A stretch of DNA of 62,847 nucleotides from Betaproteobacteria bacterium (GCA_040005035.1 JBDTZQ010000001.1:1-62847); one strand, 5' to 3'. Positions 44,256 through 54,502 are shown, numbered from the stretch's first letter. Numbers and translations are program-made. The notes: a model not told the origin generated them from the sequence alone.

Positions 44256-47195
44256 ATGTGGATCGTGGGATTGGTCGTCGGTGGTCTGATCGGCGGCGCA
44301 TACAACGCGGCGATGGGTGTTCTCGGCGCATTGCTCGGCGTGGCTGCCGGCGTCGCCGCCGGCTCGAAGATGCGCTCGCTCAGGCAGCGCCTGGTCGCAC
44401 TCGAGGCGCGCTTGTCGGCGGTGGAACAGCTTCCACCGGGAGCGGGCGTCGTGACTGCGGCGCCGCCAGTCGCCGGGCAGGTCGACTCGATCGCGACCGG
44501 GTCGCCGGGTTACTGGAGGGCGGCACCCCCTCCAGCCGACGTCGCGCCAGTGATCGTCGACACTCCATTCGCTCCCGGCGTCGCGCCGCCAGTCGACGGC
44601 ACGATGCAGAATGTCGAACCCACACCGCTGCCTGCCCAGGCGGTCGAGGTCTTCCGCTCGGTGCGCAAGGGTGGGACCGGGATCGCGCCGCATCCGCCGG
44701 CGTCGACGCAGCAGGCCGCCGCCGCGACGATGTCTCCGGACGCGGACGCGGACGCGAGCGCCGCGGCGCCTGTCGCGCCACCCCCGCGTCCGGCGTGGAT
44801 GGCGTGGATCATGGGCGGCAACACGCTGGCGCGGGTCGGCGTCGTGCTGCTGTTCATCGGCGTCGGCTTCCTCGTGAAATACGCGAGCGAGCACGTGCAT
44901 GTGCCGATCGAGATGCGGCTCGCCGGTGTGGCGCTGGGAGGCATCGCGCTGCTCGTGCTCGGATGGCGCCTGCGGCTGGCGCGTCCGGCCTACGCGATGA
45001 TCCTGCAGGGCGGTGGTGTCGGCGTGCTTTATCTCACCGTCTTCGGCGCTTTGCGCCTCTACGGCCTGATCTCTGCGCCGATGGCCTTCGCGCTGCTGGT
45101 GGCGATCGCCGGACTCTCGGCGTGGCTCGCCATCCGCCAGGACGCCATCGCCATGGCGGTGATCGGCATCGTCGGCGGCTTTCTCGCGCCGATCCTGGCG
45201 TCGAACAACAGCGGCAACCACGTGATGCTGTTCAGCTACTACGCACTGCTCAACGCGGGCATCTTCGCCATCGCCTGGTTCAAGGCGTGGCGCGTGCTCA
45301 ATGTCGTCGGCTTCCTGTTCACCTTCGTGATCGCGACGGTGTGGGGGGTCATGCGCTACCGGCCGGAGAACTTCGCCAGCACCGAGCCGTTCCTCATCCT
45401 GTTCTTCCTGTTCTACGTGGGCATCGCTGTGCTCTACGCGCTGCGCCAATCGCTGACGGTGCGCGACTACCTCGATTCCACGCTGGTGTTCGGCACGCCG
45501 CTGTTCGTCGCGGGGCTGCAGGCCGGCATGGTGCGCGACATGCGCTACGGCATGGCGTTGAGCGCGCTGGCGATGTCGGCTGTCTACCTCGTGCTGGCGC
45601 GTGTGCTCTACACGCGCAAGAGCGAGGGACTGCGTCTTCTGGTCGAGGCGTTCCTGGCGCTGGGGACGATTTTCGCGACGCTGGCGATCCCGCTCGCGGT
45701 CGACAGCCGTTGGACCTCGGCGACGTGGGCACTCGAGGGCGCGGCGATGCTGTGGGTGGGCATTCGCCAGCGCCGGGTCGCGGTGCGCGCGTTCGGGTTG
45801 CTGCTGCAGCTCGGTGCCGGCATCGCGTTCGCGTGGGGATTCTCGCTCTGGAGCGACGGCGTGCCCGAGAGGCTGTGGCCGCTGCTCAACAGCGACTACA
45901 TCGGCGCGGTGATCGTCGGCCTCGCCGGATTGTTCAGCGCGCGGCTGATGCAGCGCGCCGTGGCCGCGCAGCCGGAGTCGCTGCGCTCCGGCGAAGAATT
46001 GCTCGCGCCGTTGCTGATGGCGTGGGGCACGCTCTGGTGGCTCGCCGCGGGCTGGCGCGAAATCGAGCGCTGGCTGCCGTACTCGATGCGCATCCCGGCG
46101 CTGGTCGCCCTGCTCGCGCTGACCGCGGTCGTCTTCGTGCTGGAAGACCGGCGCACCTCGTGGCCGGCGGCGCGCGTCCCACCGATGCTGCTGCTCCCTA
46201 TCCTGCTGGTGATTGCGCTCGCCGGCATCGCCGGCGCGGGATACCGCACGTGGGGGGGATGGCGCCTCGACGCGCATCTGTTCGCCGGCGGCGGTTACCT
46301 GGCGTGGCCGCTGGCGGTCGCGATTTGCGTGTGGCTGCTCCGACTTCGCGATCGCGACGGGCCGCCGGCCACCGCCATGCCGGAGATTCCACCCGATGCT
46401 CGGCACGCGATCCTGTTCTGGCTGGTGACGCTGCTCTGTGCGCACGAGCTCGCATGGGTCGGCACGCGCGTGGGGTCGGGCTCGGGCGTGTGGACGGTGG
46501 TGCCGTGGGGCCTGGTGCCCGCGCTCGCCATCGCGCTGGTGACCGTGTTCGCGGCACGCCCGTCATGGCCGGTAGGCGCGCACGTTCGAGGCTACACGGT
46601 GGTCGGCGCGGTGGTCGTCGCCGTCGCGCTGGCGCTTTGGTCGATCTTCGCCGACGTCTTCGGCGACGCCGATCCGTTCCCGCTGCCCTATGTGCCGCTG
46701 TTCAATCCGCTCGACATCGCCCAGGCGGTGGTGCTGTGCTCGCTGCTGCTGTGGTGGCTACGCGCGCGCCGCGCGCTCAGCCCCACTACGGTGCAGGGCA
46801 GCGCTCAGGGCAACGACATCGTGCTGTCCGCGTTGGCGGTGCTCGCCTTCCTCTGGATCAACGCCGTCGCATTGCGCGCGATTCACTTCTGGTTCGATAT
46901 TCCGTACACGTTCCACGATCTGTGGCATTCGCGGCTTGCACAGGCGGTGCTGTCATTGCTGTGGTCATCGTTTGCGCTCGGCACGATGCTGCTCGCCAAC
47001 CGTCAGCGCTGGCGCCCCGCGTGGATGGTCGGCGCGCTGTTGCTCGCCGCGGTGGTGCTGAAGCTGTTCGTCGTCGACCTGTCGCAGGTCGGTGGAATCG
47101 AGCGCATCGTCTCGTTCATCGGTGTCGGTTTGCTGCTCCTTCTGATCGGTTATCTCGCGCCTGTTCCGCCGAGGCGCATGGAGAACGCGTCATGA
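44256..47195 (+). CDS. DUF2339-family polytopic membrane protein
   Basis: GGGAGA lies before ATG 44256. A Gly-rich TM helix and a coiled segment (LRQRLVALEARLSAVE) come first. A Pro/Ala linker follows, then more than 20 predicted TM helices. Confidence 0.8.
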   Translation: MWIVGLVVGGLIGGAYNAAMGVLGALLGVAAGVAAGSKMRSLRQRLVALEARLSAVEQLPPGAGVVTAAPPVAGQVDSIATGSPGYWRAAPPPADVAPVIVDTPFAPGVAPPVDGTMQNVEPTPLPAQAVEVFRSVRKGGTGIAPHPPASTQQAAAATMSPDADADASAAAPVAPPPRPAWMAWIMGGNTLARVGVVLLFIGVGFLVKYASEHVHVPIEMRLAGVALGGIALLVLGWRLRLARPAYAMILQGGGVGVLYLTVFGALRLYGLISAPMAFALLVAIAGLSAWLAIRQDAIAMAVIGIVGGFLAPILASNNSGNHVMLFSYYALLNAGIFAIAWFKAWRVLNVVGFLFTFVIATVWGVMRYRPENFASTEPFLILFFLFYVGIAVLYALRQSLTVRDYLDSTLVFGTPLFVAGLQAGMVRDMRYGMALSALAMSAVYLVLARVLYTRKSEGLRLLVEAFLALGTIFATLAIPLAVDSRWTSATWALEGAAMLWVGIRQRRVAVRAFGLLLQLGAGIAFAWGFSLWSDGVPERLWPLLNSDYIGAVIVGLAGLFSARLMQRAVAAQPESLRSGEELLAPLLMAWGTLWWLAAGWREIERWLPYSMRIPALVALLALTAVVFVLEDRRTSWPAARVPPMLLLPILLVIALAGIAGAGYRTWGGWRLDAHLFAGGGYLAWPLAVAICVWLLRLRDRDGPPATAMPEIPPDARHAILFWLVTLLCAHELAWVGTRVGSGSGVWTVVPWGLVPALAIALVTVFAARPSWPVGAHVRGYTVVGAVVVAVALALWSIFADVFGDADPFPLPYVPLFNPLDIAQAVVLCSLLLWWLRARRALSPTTVQGSAQGNDIVLSALAVLAFLWINAVALRAIHFWFDIPYTFHDLWHSRLAQAVLSLLWSSFALGTMLLANRQRWRPAWMVGALLLAAVVLKLFVVDLSQVGGIERIVSFIGVGLLLLLIGYLAPVPPRRMENAS

Positions 47196-48607
47196 AAACC
47201 TTTGTCTGCCTGTGCCTGCTCGCTGGTGCTGTTCACGCTGCGCCCGCGCCTTCGCCGCGCGACTTCGCCTTCGCCGTGCCGCTCAGCGCTGAAGGCGACA
47301 GCGCATTTTTCGACGTGCAGATCCCCGCTGCGGCCTACGCCGGCGTCACCCGCGGCGACCTGGGCGACATGCGCGTGTTCAACGGCGACGGCGCGCTCGT
47401 GCCTTTCGCGATGGTGCCTCGCGTCGCGCCGGCGCGCGAAGCGCGCCCCAAGGTCACGCTGCCGATCTTTCCCTTGCGCGTCGCTGCGCCGGTGACCGAC
47501 GCCAGCGCGCTGGCGCTTTCCGTGCAGCGCTCGCCTTCGGGCGCTTTCACCATCAACCTCAACACGCGCGATGGCAAGCCCGCCGACGGGGACCGCCTGA
47601 TCGGTTACATCGTCGATCTCGCCGCGCTAAACCGGCAGCCGCTGGCGTCGTTGTCGCTGCAGTGGGCAACGCTGCCGCGCGGCATGGGGATGCGCGTGCG
47701 CGTCGACGCCAGCGACGACCTCGTCGCCTGGCGGACGCTGGTGAGCGACGCGCCGCTGATCGACCTCGAGGCCGACGGCCGCCGCCTGCAACGCAACACC
47801 TTCGATCTCCCGCAGGCACCCGCGCGTTACCTGCGATTGACCTGGCCCGCCGATCAGCCGCCGCTCGCGCTCATTGGGGTGAGCGGTCAGCTCGCCGACC
47901 GCGTCGTGGCGGCCCCGCTGCAATGGGCCGAGGCGACCGCGGTCGCGGTGGCCGAGCACGAGGGCGACTACGAATTTGATCTCGCGGGAATGTATCCCGT
48001 CGAGAGAATCGAACTGGTCCTGCCCGAGCTCAATACCGTGGTGCCGGCGGTGCTGTCGGCGCGCAACGGCGCGCAGGACCCGTGGCACGTGATGGCCTCC
48101 GAGGTCGTCTACCGGCTGCGCCAGGGCGACGCGGATGTGACCTCGCCGGCGATCGTCATCGCGCCGACCGCGGCACGCTACTGGCGAGTGCATGTCGATC
48201 CCGCCACTGGCGGGCTCGGTACTGGCCTGCCGAAGCTGCGCGCCGGGTGGCTTGCGCAGCACGTGGTATTCGCGGCGCGCGGCAGTGCGCCGTTCATGCT
48301 CGCCTACGGCAGCACGACCGTGCCTCCCTCGGCGTTGGCGGTGCGCACACTGGTGCCCGGATACGGCACCGCGGACGCGCCGCCGATCGGAGCCGCCGTT
48401 GCCCAGGCCGCGCTCGCCGTCGCCGGCAGCGCCGCGCAGCTGACGCCTGCCGTCGACTGGAAGCGCTGGGCGTTGTGGCTCTCGCTGCTGCTCGGCGTGG
48501 CGGTGCTGGCGACGATGGCGTGGCGGTTGTCGCGCGAACTGCAACAGGCAGCGCCGGACGCGGTGCCGCGTGACGATGGCGCTCCGGTAGCGCCGGATCC
48601 GCGCTGA
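47192..48607 (+). CDS. DUF3999-family secreted/membrane-anchored protein
   Basis: An ATGA overlap joins it to the DUF2339 gene. The signal peptide is MKTFVCLCLLAGAVHA, and there is a C-terminal TM helix (WALWLSLLLGVAVLATMAW). Only this 3' part of track ORF 43865..48607 is real. Confidence 0.75.
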   Translation: MKTFVCLCLLAGAVHAAPAPSPRDFAFAVPLSAEGDSAFFDVQIPAAAYAGVTRGDLGDMRVFNGDGALVPFAMVPRVAPAREARPKVTLPIFPLRVAAPVTDASALALSVQRSPSGAFTINLNTRDGKPADGDRLIGYIVDLAALNRQPLASLSLQWATLPRGMGMRVRVDASDDLVAWRTLVSDAPLIDLEADGRRLQRNTFDLPQAPARYLRLTWPADQPPLALIGVSGQLADRVVAAPLQWAEATAVAVAEHEGDYEFDLAGMYPVERIELVLPELNTVVPAVLSARNGAQDPWHVMASEVVYRLRQGDADVTSPAIVIAPTAARYWRVHVDPATGGLGTGLPKLRAGWLAQHVVFAARGSAPFMLAYGSTTVPPSALAVRTLVPGYGTADAPPIGAAVAQAALAVAGSAAQLTPAVDWKRWALWLSLLLGVAVLATMAWRLSRELQQAAPDAVPRDDGAPVAPDPR

Positions 48608-48627
48608 ATCCGCGCTGAATCCGCGTT
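48595..48627. repeat. three tandem 11-bp units G(G/A)ATCCGCG(C/T)T spanning the DUF3999 stop codon
   Basis: The units are ggatccgcgct, gaatccgcgct and gaatccgcgtt. A fourth GAATCCGCG lies at 48672-48680. Confidence 0.8.
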
Positions 48628-48745
48628 GCGTGCGTTCTGGATCTCGCGACGATTCCGCGCCCGAGTGCAGTGAATCCGCGCCGGGTCCGCTCGATTGCGG
48701 CGCGGGCCCTCGCCCGCGCGACGCGGAATGCTACACTCGCCCGCC

Positions 48746-49909
48746 ATGTCCGGAAACACGCTCGGAACGCTTTTTTGCGTCACCTCGTTCGGTGAATCGC
48801 ACGGCCCGGCCATCGGCTGCGTGGTCGACGGGTGCCCGCCCGGGATGGCGCTAGCCGCCGCCGACATCCAGCGCGACCTCGACCGTCGCAAGCCCGGAAC
48901 GTCGCGCCATGTCACGCAGCGCCGCGAGTCCGACACCGTGGAAATCCTGTCCGGCGTATTCGAGGGGAACACCACCGGCACGCCGATCGCGCTGCTCATT
49001 CGCAACGAAGACGCGCGCAGCAAGGATTACGCGAAGATCGCCGACACCTTTCGTCCCGGCCACGCCGACTACACCTACTGGCAGAAATACGGCATCCGCG
49101 ACTACCGCGGCGGCGGCCGGCAGTCGGCGCGCGAGACCGCGGTGCGCGTCGCCGCCGGCGCGGTGGCGCGCAAGTGGCTGCACGAGCGCCACGGCGTGAT
49201 CGTTCGCGGCCATCTCGCTCAACTCGGCGCGATCCCGATTGCGTTCAAGGCGTGGGAACACGTTCACGACAACCCATTCTTCGCGGCCAGCGACGAGATG
49301 ACCGAGACGCTGGAGCAGGCGATGGACGCACTGCGCAAGTCTGGCGACTCGGTGGGGGCGCGCATCAACGTCGTCGCGCACAACGTTCCGGTCGGCTGGG
49401 GCGAGCCGGTCTACGGCAAGCTCGACGCCGACATCGCCGCGGCGATGATGGGCATCAACGCGGTGAAAGGCGTCGAGATCGGCGCCGGCTTTGCCAGCGT
49501 CGCGCAACGCGGAACCGAGCATTCCGACGAGATGACGCCGGCGGGCTTCACCTCCAACCATGCCGGCGGGATTCTCGGCGGAATCTCCACCGGGCAGGAC
49601 ATCGTCGTGTCGATCGCGGTCAAGCCGACGTCGTCGATACGCCTCGACCGGCGCAGCATCGACAAGTCGGGCGATGCGGTGGTGATGAACACGCACGGGC
49701 GCCACGATCCGTGCGTGGGCATCCGCGCGACGCCGATCGCCGAGGCGATGCTGGCGCTGGTGTTGATCGACCACGCGCTGCGTCATCGCGCCCAGAACGC
49801 CGATGTCGTCTGCGCGACGCCGCGCATCGCCGCGCAGGCGCCCGCCGACGTCGTCGCGCGGTTGCGCGCGGGCGGCGCGGTCGACGACCCCGATCCCGAC
49901 GAAGCCTGA
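48746..49909 (+). CDS. aroC: chorismate synthase
   Basis: The sequence is [33 protein letters not shown]...[23 protein letters not shown]. Confidence 0.95.
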   Translation: MSGNTLGTLFCVTSFGESHGPAIGCVVDGCPPGMALAAADIQRDLDRRKPGTSRHVTQRRESDTVEILSGVFEGNTTGTPIALLIRNEDARSKDYAKIADTFRPGHADYTYWQKYGIRDYRGGGRQSARETAVRVAAGAVARKWLHERHGVIVRGHLAQLGAIPIAFKAWEHVHDNPFFAASDEMTETLEQAMDALRKSGDSVGARINVVAHNVPVGWGEPVYGKLDADIAAAMMGINAVKGVEIGAGFASVAQRGTEHSDEMTPAGFTSNHAGGILGGISTGQDIVVSIAVKPTSSIRLDRRSIDKSGDAVVMNTHGRHDPCVGIRATPIAEAMLALVLIDHALRHRAQNADVVCATPRIAAQAPADVVARLRAGGAVDDPDPDEA

Positions 49910-49932
49910 CTAGGCTTTCCCTCTTAGCCTGA

Positions 49933-51309
49933 CTAGGCTTCCCTCTTCGACGTGACGCGGGCCCGCGCGCCGCCGCGCGCGAAGACGAGTTCCAGCGCGT
50001 CCGCCTCTTCGACCTGCGTGGAGGATTGAACGATCGTGCCGTCCGCGGTGGCGACGATGCTGTAGCCGCGGTCGAGCACTCCCTGGGGGCCGAGCAGGCG
50101 CAGCCCCGCGGCGAGTGCGCCGAGCGCTTGCGCGTGCGCGCCGAGGTACGTCGCGCCGCCGCGCCGCCAGCGATCACCGATCCGGACGAGCTCGGCACCC
50201 GCAGGGAGCGGCGCGCGAAGCTGCTGCAGCAATCGACGGCCGCATTCGGCGCCTTCGCGCTCGCGCAGCCGGACGGCGCTGCGCCCCGCATGGGCGAGCC
50301 GACGCGCGAGGGCGCGCAGCGCCGAGCCCTGCGCCTCAAGTCGGGCCGCGGGATGCTGCAGCCGGCGCGATACCAGGTCGACGCGCTGCATGCGCGGCTC
50401 GAGTGCGAGCGCGGCGGCGCGCCGCCAGCGCTGGCGCAGCGCGGCGATCAGCGCAGCCAGCGCCGATCGGTCGGGCACCGCGAGCGCCGCCGCCGCGGTC
50501 GGCGTTGCGGCGCGAATGTCGGCGACGAAGTCGCAGATGGTGAAGTCGGTTTCGTGGCCGACGCCGCTGACGATCGGTAAGACGGACTCGAACACCGCGC
50601 GCGCCACCGCCTCCTCGTTGAACGCCCACAGATCCTCGATCGAACCGCCGCCGCGACACACGATGAGGACGTCGACTTCGGCGCGTTCGTTGGCGAGCGC
50701 GATCGCCGCGGCGATTTCGGCGGCGGCGCCCGCACCTTGGACCGCGGTGCAATACAGGAAGACCGGAAGCGCGGCGAAGCGGCGCTCGAGCGTCGCCAGC
50801 ACGTCGGCCAATGCGGCGGCGTGCGGCGAGCTGACGATGCCGACGGCACGCGGGAACGCGGGCATCGGCCGCTTGCGTTCCTGCCGGAACCAGCCGGCGG
50901 CGTCGAGGCGCGCCTTGAGCTTTTCGAAGCGCTCGTAGAGCGCGCCCACACCCGCGAGGCGCACCGCTTCCACGCTGAGCTGGAAATCGCCGCGCGCTTC
51001 GTAGATCGTAGGCAGTGCGCGCACCTCGACGGCCATGCCGTCCTTGAGCGTGACGCTCTGCAGCGCCGCCTTGTGACGGAAAAGCACGCAGCGCACCTGC
51101 GCGCGATCGTCCTTTAATGTGAAATAGCAATGCCCGGACGCGGCGCGGCTTAAGCCCGAAACCTCTCCGCTCACCCAGGCGAGCCCGAGGTGACGCTCGA
51201 TGAGCAGGCGCGCCCTGCCCACCAGCAGCGATACCGGAATGACGGGCGCGGTTGCCTTGAGCGCGCGATCGTTCTTCGACAAGTTCAGCGGGTCAGCGTC
51301 GATGTCCAT
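49933..51309 (-). CDS. xseA: exodeoxyribonuclease VII large subunit
   Basis: The OB-fold N-terminus is PVSLLVGRARLLIERHLGLAWVSGEVSGLSRAASGHCYFTLKD. The catalytic region is VLIVCRGGGSIEDLWAFNEE...ISGVGHETD. The start is taken as ATG 51309. Confidence 0.9.
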   Translation of the reverse strand: MDIDADPLNLSKNDRALKATAPVIPVSLLVGRARLLIERHLGLAWVSGEVSGLSRAASGHCYFTLKDDRAQVRCVLFRHKAALQSVTLKDGMAVEVRALPTIYEARGDFQLSVEAVRLAGVGALYERFEKLKARLDAAGWFRQERKRPMPAFPRAVGIVSSPHAAALADVLATLERRFAALPVFLYCTAVQGAGAAAEIAAAIALANERAEVDVLIVCRGGGSIEDLWAFNEEAVARAVFESVLPIVSGVGHETDFTICDFVADIRAATPTAAAALAVPDRSALAALIAALRQRWRRAAALALEPRMQRVDLVSRRLQHPAARLEAQGSALRALARRLAHAGRSAVRLREREGAECGRRLLQQLRAPLPAGAELVRIGDRWRRGGATYLGAHAQALGALAAGLRLLGPQGVLDRGYSIVATADGTIVQSSTQVEEADALELVFARGGARARVTSKREA

Positions 51310-51510
51310 GACAAAGCCCAAACGGAAAACACACTATCGCGATAGATCGGCAAGGCTTACAAAGTCATCACGCCGCCGCGCGCACGCTCCGAGAGCCTAT
51401 TTCAAGTCACTGAATTGTAATGTGGAAATCTCGCCGAGAATTTGGGCATGACAACGAATTCTCCGCCCTGCGTGCGACTTAGCAAATCTATTTACGAGAT
51501 ATGCACACTA

Positions 51511-51533
51511 TTATCCACAGATAATGTGGACAA
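51511..51533. promoter_or_regulatory. inverted pair of DnaA-box-like 9-mers
   Basis: TTATCCACA at 51511-51519 is a perfect consensus DnaA box. TGTGGACAA at 51525-51533 matches the reverse complement with one mismatch. The two are 5 bp apart. Confidence 0.35.
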
Positions 51534-51667
51534 CGGTCCCACGCGCGCAACCATCACACGCCGCGAAGCCTTGGTGGATGCGGGTCTTGCGGCGGGTCGC
51601 TCATGCCTGTGGCATGGCGGCCGATGACGGCCCCCACCCCACCGGTTAGAATGCGTATTCGTCATCA

Positions 51668-51683
51668 TTTGTTCATGAACAAA
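51668..51683. promoter_or_regulatory. perfect 16-bp palindrome TTTGTTCATGAACAAA immediately upstream of the glnS ATG
   Basis: The sequence is its own reverse complement. It ends 5 nt before the glnS start codon, where an SD would be expected. Confidence 0.5.
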
Positions 51684-51688
51684 CCGTA

Positions 51689-53482
51689 ATGAGTGTTGCA
51701 CCGCCGCACGATGTCGCGCCTCCCGCTTCGAATTTTCTCCGCCAGATCATCGCCGAGGACATCCGCACGCGCAAATACGGCGGGCGCGTGGTCACGCGGT
51801 TCCCGCCCGAGCCCAATGGCTACCTGCACATCGGTCACGCCAAATCGATCTGCCTGAACTTCGGGCTCGCCGCTGAAAACGGCGGTGTGTGTCATCTGCG
51901 CTTCGACGACACCAATCCGGTGAAGGAGGACGTCGAGTTCTCCGATTCGATCATGGACGCGGTGCGCTGGCTGGGGTGCGATTGGGGCGCGCACCTCTAT
52001 CACGCGTCCGACTATTTCGACAGACTCTACGAATTCGCCCGCCACCTCATCAAGGCGGGGCTTGCCTACGTCGACAGCTCGACGCCCGACGAGATGCGCG
52101 CGCTGCGCGGAACGCTCACCGAGCCCGGTCGGCCCAGCAGCTACCGCGACCGATCGGTCGAGGAGAACCTGCAGCTCTTCCGCGCGATGAAGGAGGGCGA
52201 GTATCCCGACGGCGCGCACGTGCTGAGGCTCAAGATCGACCTGGCGAGCCCGAACATCAACATGCGCGACCCGGCGGTCTACCGCATCCGCCACGTCACG
52301 CATCAGCGCACCGGCGACAAGTGGTGCGTCTACCCGCTCTACGACTACACGCACTGCATCTCGGACGCGCTTGAGCGCATCACGCATTCGATCTGCACGC
52401 TCGAGTTCCAGGACCATCGGCCGCTCTACGACTGGATCATCGAGCATCTCGCCGAAGCCGGCCTGCTGCAGCGTCCGCTGCCGCAGCAGTACGAATTCGC
52501 GCGGCTCAATCTCACCTACACGGTCATGAGCAAGCGCCGCCTGATCGAGCTCGTCGAGGGCGGCCACGTCGACGGCTGGGACGATCCCCGCATGCCGACG
52601 CTCGTCGGATTGCGCCGTCGCGGCTACACGGCGGAATCGATACGGCTGTTTTCCGAGCGCATCGGCGTGTCCAAGGCGCATCAGTGGATCGACATCAGCG
52701 CGCTCGAGGCGTGCCTGCGCGAGGATCTCAACGAGCGTGCCGAGCGGCGCATCGCGGTCCTCGACCCGGTGAGATTGATCATCGACAACTTCCCCGACGG
52801 CCACGAGGAGGCGTGCCTGGCGCCCAATCATCCTCAAAAGCCGGAGCTCGGCCAGCGCGCGCTGCCGCTCACCCGTGAATTGTGGATCGAGCGCGACGAC
52901 TTCAGCGAGCAACCGCCGAAGGGATATTTCCGCCTGTTCCCAGGCGGGGAGGTGCGGCTGCGCTACGGGTACATCATCAAGTGCGTCGGCGCCGAGCGCG
53001 ACGCGAGCGGCGGCATCGTCGCGGTTCATTGCACGTACGATCCGGAAACGCGAAGCGGCACGCCCGGCGCCGAGTCGCGCAAGGTCAAGGGCAACATCCA
53101 CTGGCTGTCGACGCAGCACGCAAGCCATGCCGAGGTGCGACTCTACGACCGCCTGTTCATGGTTTCCGAGCCGGGCCGCGCGCGCGAAGCCGCCGCCATC
53201 CCTACCGCGCACGGCGCGCCGTCGACGATCGACGAGGATGTTCACTACGAGGAGCCCGCCGAGCGCAACTACCTCGGCGATCTCAACCCCCAGGGCAAGC
53301 GCGTCATCTCTGCGTACGTCGAGCCTGCGCTGGCGCAGGCTCTCCCGGAATCGCGCTACCAGTTCGAGCGCCACGGCTACTTCGTCGCCGACATGGTTGA
53401 ATCGATGGCACATCGCCCCATATTCAATCGCGCGGTGACCCTGCGCGATTCGTGGACGCGCGACATCCCCGCAAAGCCCTGA
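51689..53482 (+). CDS. glnS: glutaminyl-tRNA synthetase
   Basis: The sequence contains SNFLRQIIAEDI...RFPPEPNGYLHIGHAKS (HIGH motif) and VMSKR (KMSKS motif). The protein is 597 aa with an extra acidic segment near the C-terminus. Confidence 0.95.
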   Translation: MSVAPPHDVAPPASNFLRQIIAEDIRTRKYGGRVVTRFPPEPNGYLHIGHAKSICLNFGLAAENGGVCHLRFDDTNPVKEDVEFSDSIMDAVRWLGCDWGAHLYHASDYFDRLYEFARHLIKAGLAYVDSSTPDEMRALRGTLTEPGRPSSYRDRSVEENLQLFRAMKEGEYPDGAHVLRLKIDLASPNINMRDPAVYRIRHVTHQRTGDKWCVYPLYDYTHCISDALERITHSICTLEFQDHRPLYDWIIEHLAEAGLLQRPLPQQYEFARLNLTYTVMSKRRLIELVEGGHVDGWDDPRMPTLVGLRRRGYTAESIRLFSERIGVSKAHQWIDISALEACLREDLNERAERRIAVLDPVRLIIDNFPDGHEEACLAPNHPQKPELGQRALPLTRELWIERDDFSEQPPKGYFRLFPGGEVRLRYGYIIKCVGAERDASGGIVAVHCTYDPETRSGTPGAESRKVKGNIHWLSTQHASHAEVRLYDRLFMVSEPGRAREAAAIPTAHGAPSTIDEDVHYEEPAERNYLGDLNPQGKRVISAYVEPALAQALPESRYQFERHGYFVADMVESMAHRPIFNRAVTLRDSWTRDIPAKP

Positions 53483-53607
53483 CGGGCGTGCCGCCGAGGC
53501 CGTGAACCCGCGCGTCGCCGAAGCGGCCAGCCGGCGCTCCGGCCAAGCCGTGAACCGGCACGCTGCGTTTGGGGCTACACTTTCGCGCGGTATCGCCCGG
53601 AGGACTC

Positions 53608-54498
53608 ATGAAACGCATTTTCCTGTTCATACTCACCAACATCGCGGTGCTGGTGGTCATCACCATCGTCACCCGCGTGTTGGGCCTGGACCGCGCGCTC
53701 GCGGGCAGCGGCCTGAATCTGGGCCCGTTGCTGCTGTTCTCCGCGCTGGTCGGTTTCACTGGCGCGATCATCTCTCTGCTCATGTCGAAGTCGATCGCCA
53801 AGTGGTCGACCGGCGCGCACGTCATCGAGACGCCGGCCAGCGAAGGCGAGGCGTGGCTCATGGGCACGGTGAAGAAGCTCGCCGACAAGGCCGGGATCGG
53901 CATGCCCGAAGTGGCGGTGTACGAGGGCGACGCCAATGCCTTCGCCACCGGCGCGTTTCGCAACTCGGCGCTGGTGGCGGTATCGACGGGTCTGCTCAAC
54001 TCGATGTCGCACGACGAGATCGAGGCGGTGCTCGGCCACGAGATCGCGCACGTGGCCAACGGCGACATGGTGACGCTCACGCTCATCCAGGGCGTGGTGA
54101 ACACCTTCGTCGTGTTCCTGGCGCGCGTCGCGGCGTTCTTCGTCGACCGCATCGTGTTCCGCTCCGAGCGCGGCAACGGACCGGGCTACTTCATCACCAT
54201 GATCGTCGCGCAGATCCTGCTCGGCGTCCTGGCGAGCCTGATCGTCGCGTGGTTCTCGCGGCGCCGCGAGTTTCGCGCCGACGCCGGCAGCGCGCAGTAC
54301 CTCGGCTCGCCGCAGCCGATGATCCGCGCGCTGGCGCGGCTCGGAGGGCTGCCGCCGGGCGAGCTGCCCAAGGCGCTCAACGGGTTCGGCATCACCGACA
54401 AGCCGTCGGCTTTCGCGGCTCTGTTCGCGACGCACCCGCCCATGGAGGAGCGCATCCGTGCGCTGCAGGCGGGCAAGCCGCCGCCGGCGATAAGCTGA
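53608..54498 (+). CDS. htpX: membrane zinc protease HtpX
   Basis: GGAGGA lies before ATG 53608. The N-terminus is [17 protein letters not shown]. The zinc motif is [10 protein letters not shown] (HExxH). Confidence 0.92.
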   Translation: MKRIFLFILTNIAVLVVITIVTRVLGLDRALAGSGLNLGPLLLFSALVGFTGAIISLLMSKSIAKWSTGAHVIETPASEGEAWLMGTVKKLADKAGIGMPEVAVYEGDANAFATGAFRNSALVAVSTGLLNSMSHDEIEAVLGHEIAHVANGDMVTLTLIQGVVNTFVVFLARVAAFFVDRIVFRSERGNGPGYFITMIVAQILLGVLASLIVAWFSRRREFRADAGSAQYLGSPQPMIRALARLGGLPPGELPKALNGFGITDKPSAFAALFATHPPMEERIRALQAGKPPPAIS

Positions 54499-54502
54499 CG
54501 CG

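Noticed and set aside
43865-48607. The 1580-aa ORF in the track.
   Set aside because: The first roughly 1100 codons are an Arg/Ala/Gly-rich alternative frame of the MFS-acyltransferase 3' end and the DUF2339 gene. Only the segment from ATG 47192 has a signal peptide and protein-like composition, and it is called as DUF3999.
51511-51533. Chromosomal replication origin, because of a perfect DnaA box.
   Set aside because: There are only two boxes. No cluster of further boxes, no AT-rich 13-mer-like unwinding element and no dnaA/dnaN/gidA/parAB context are present. It is reported only as a possible DnaA-responsive site.
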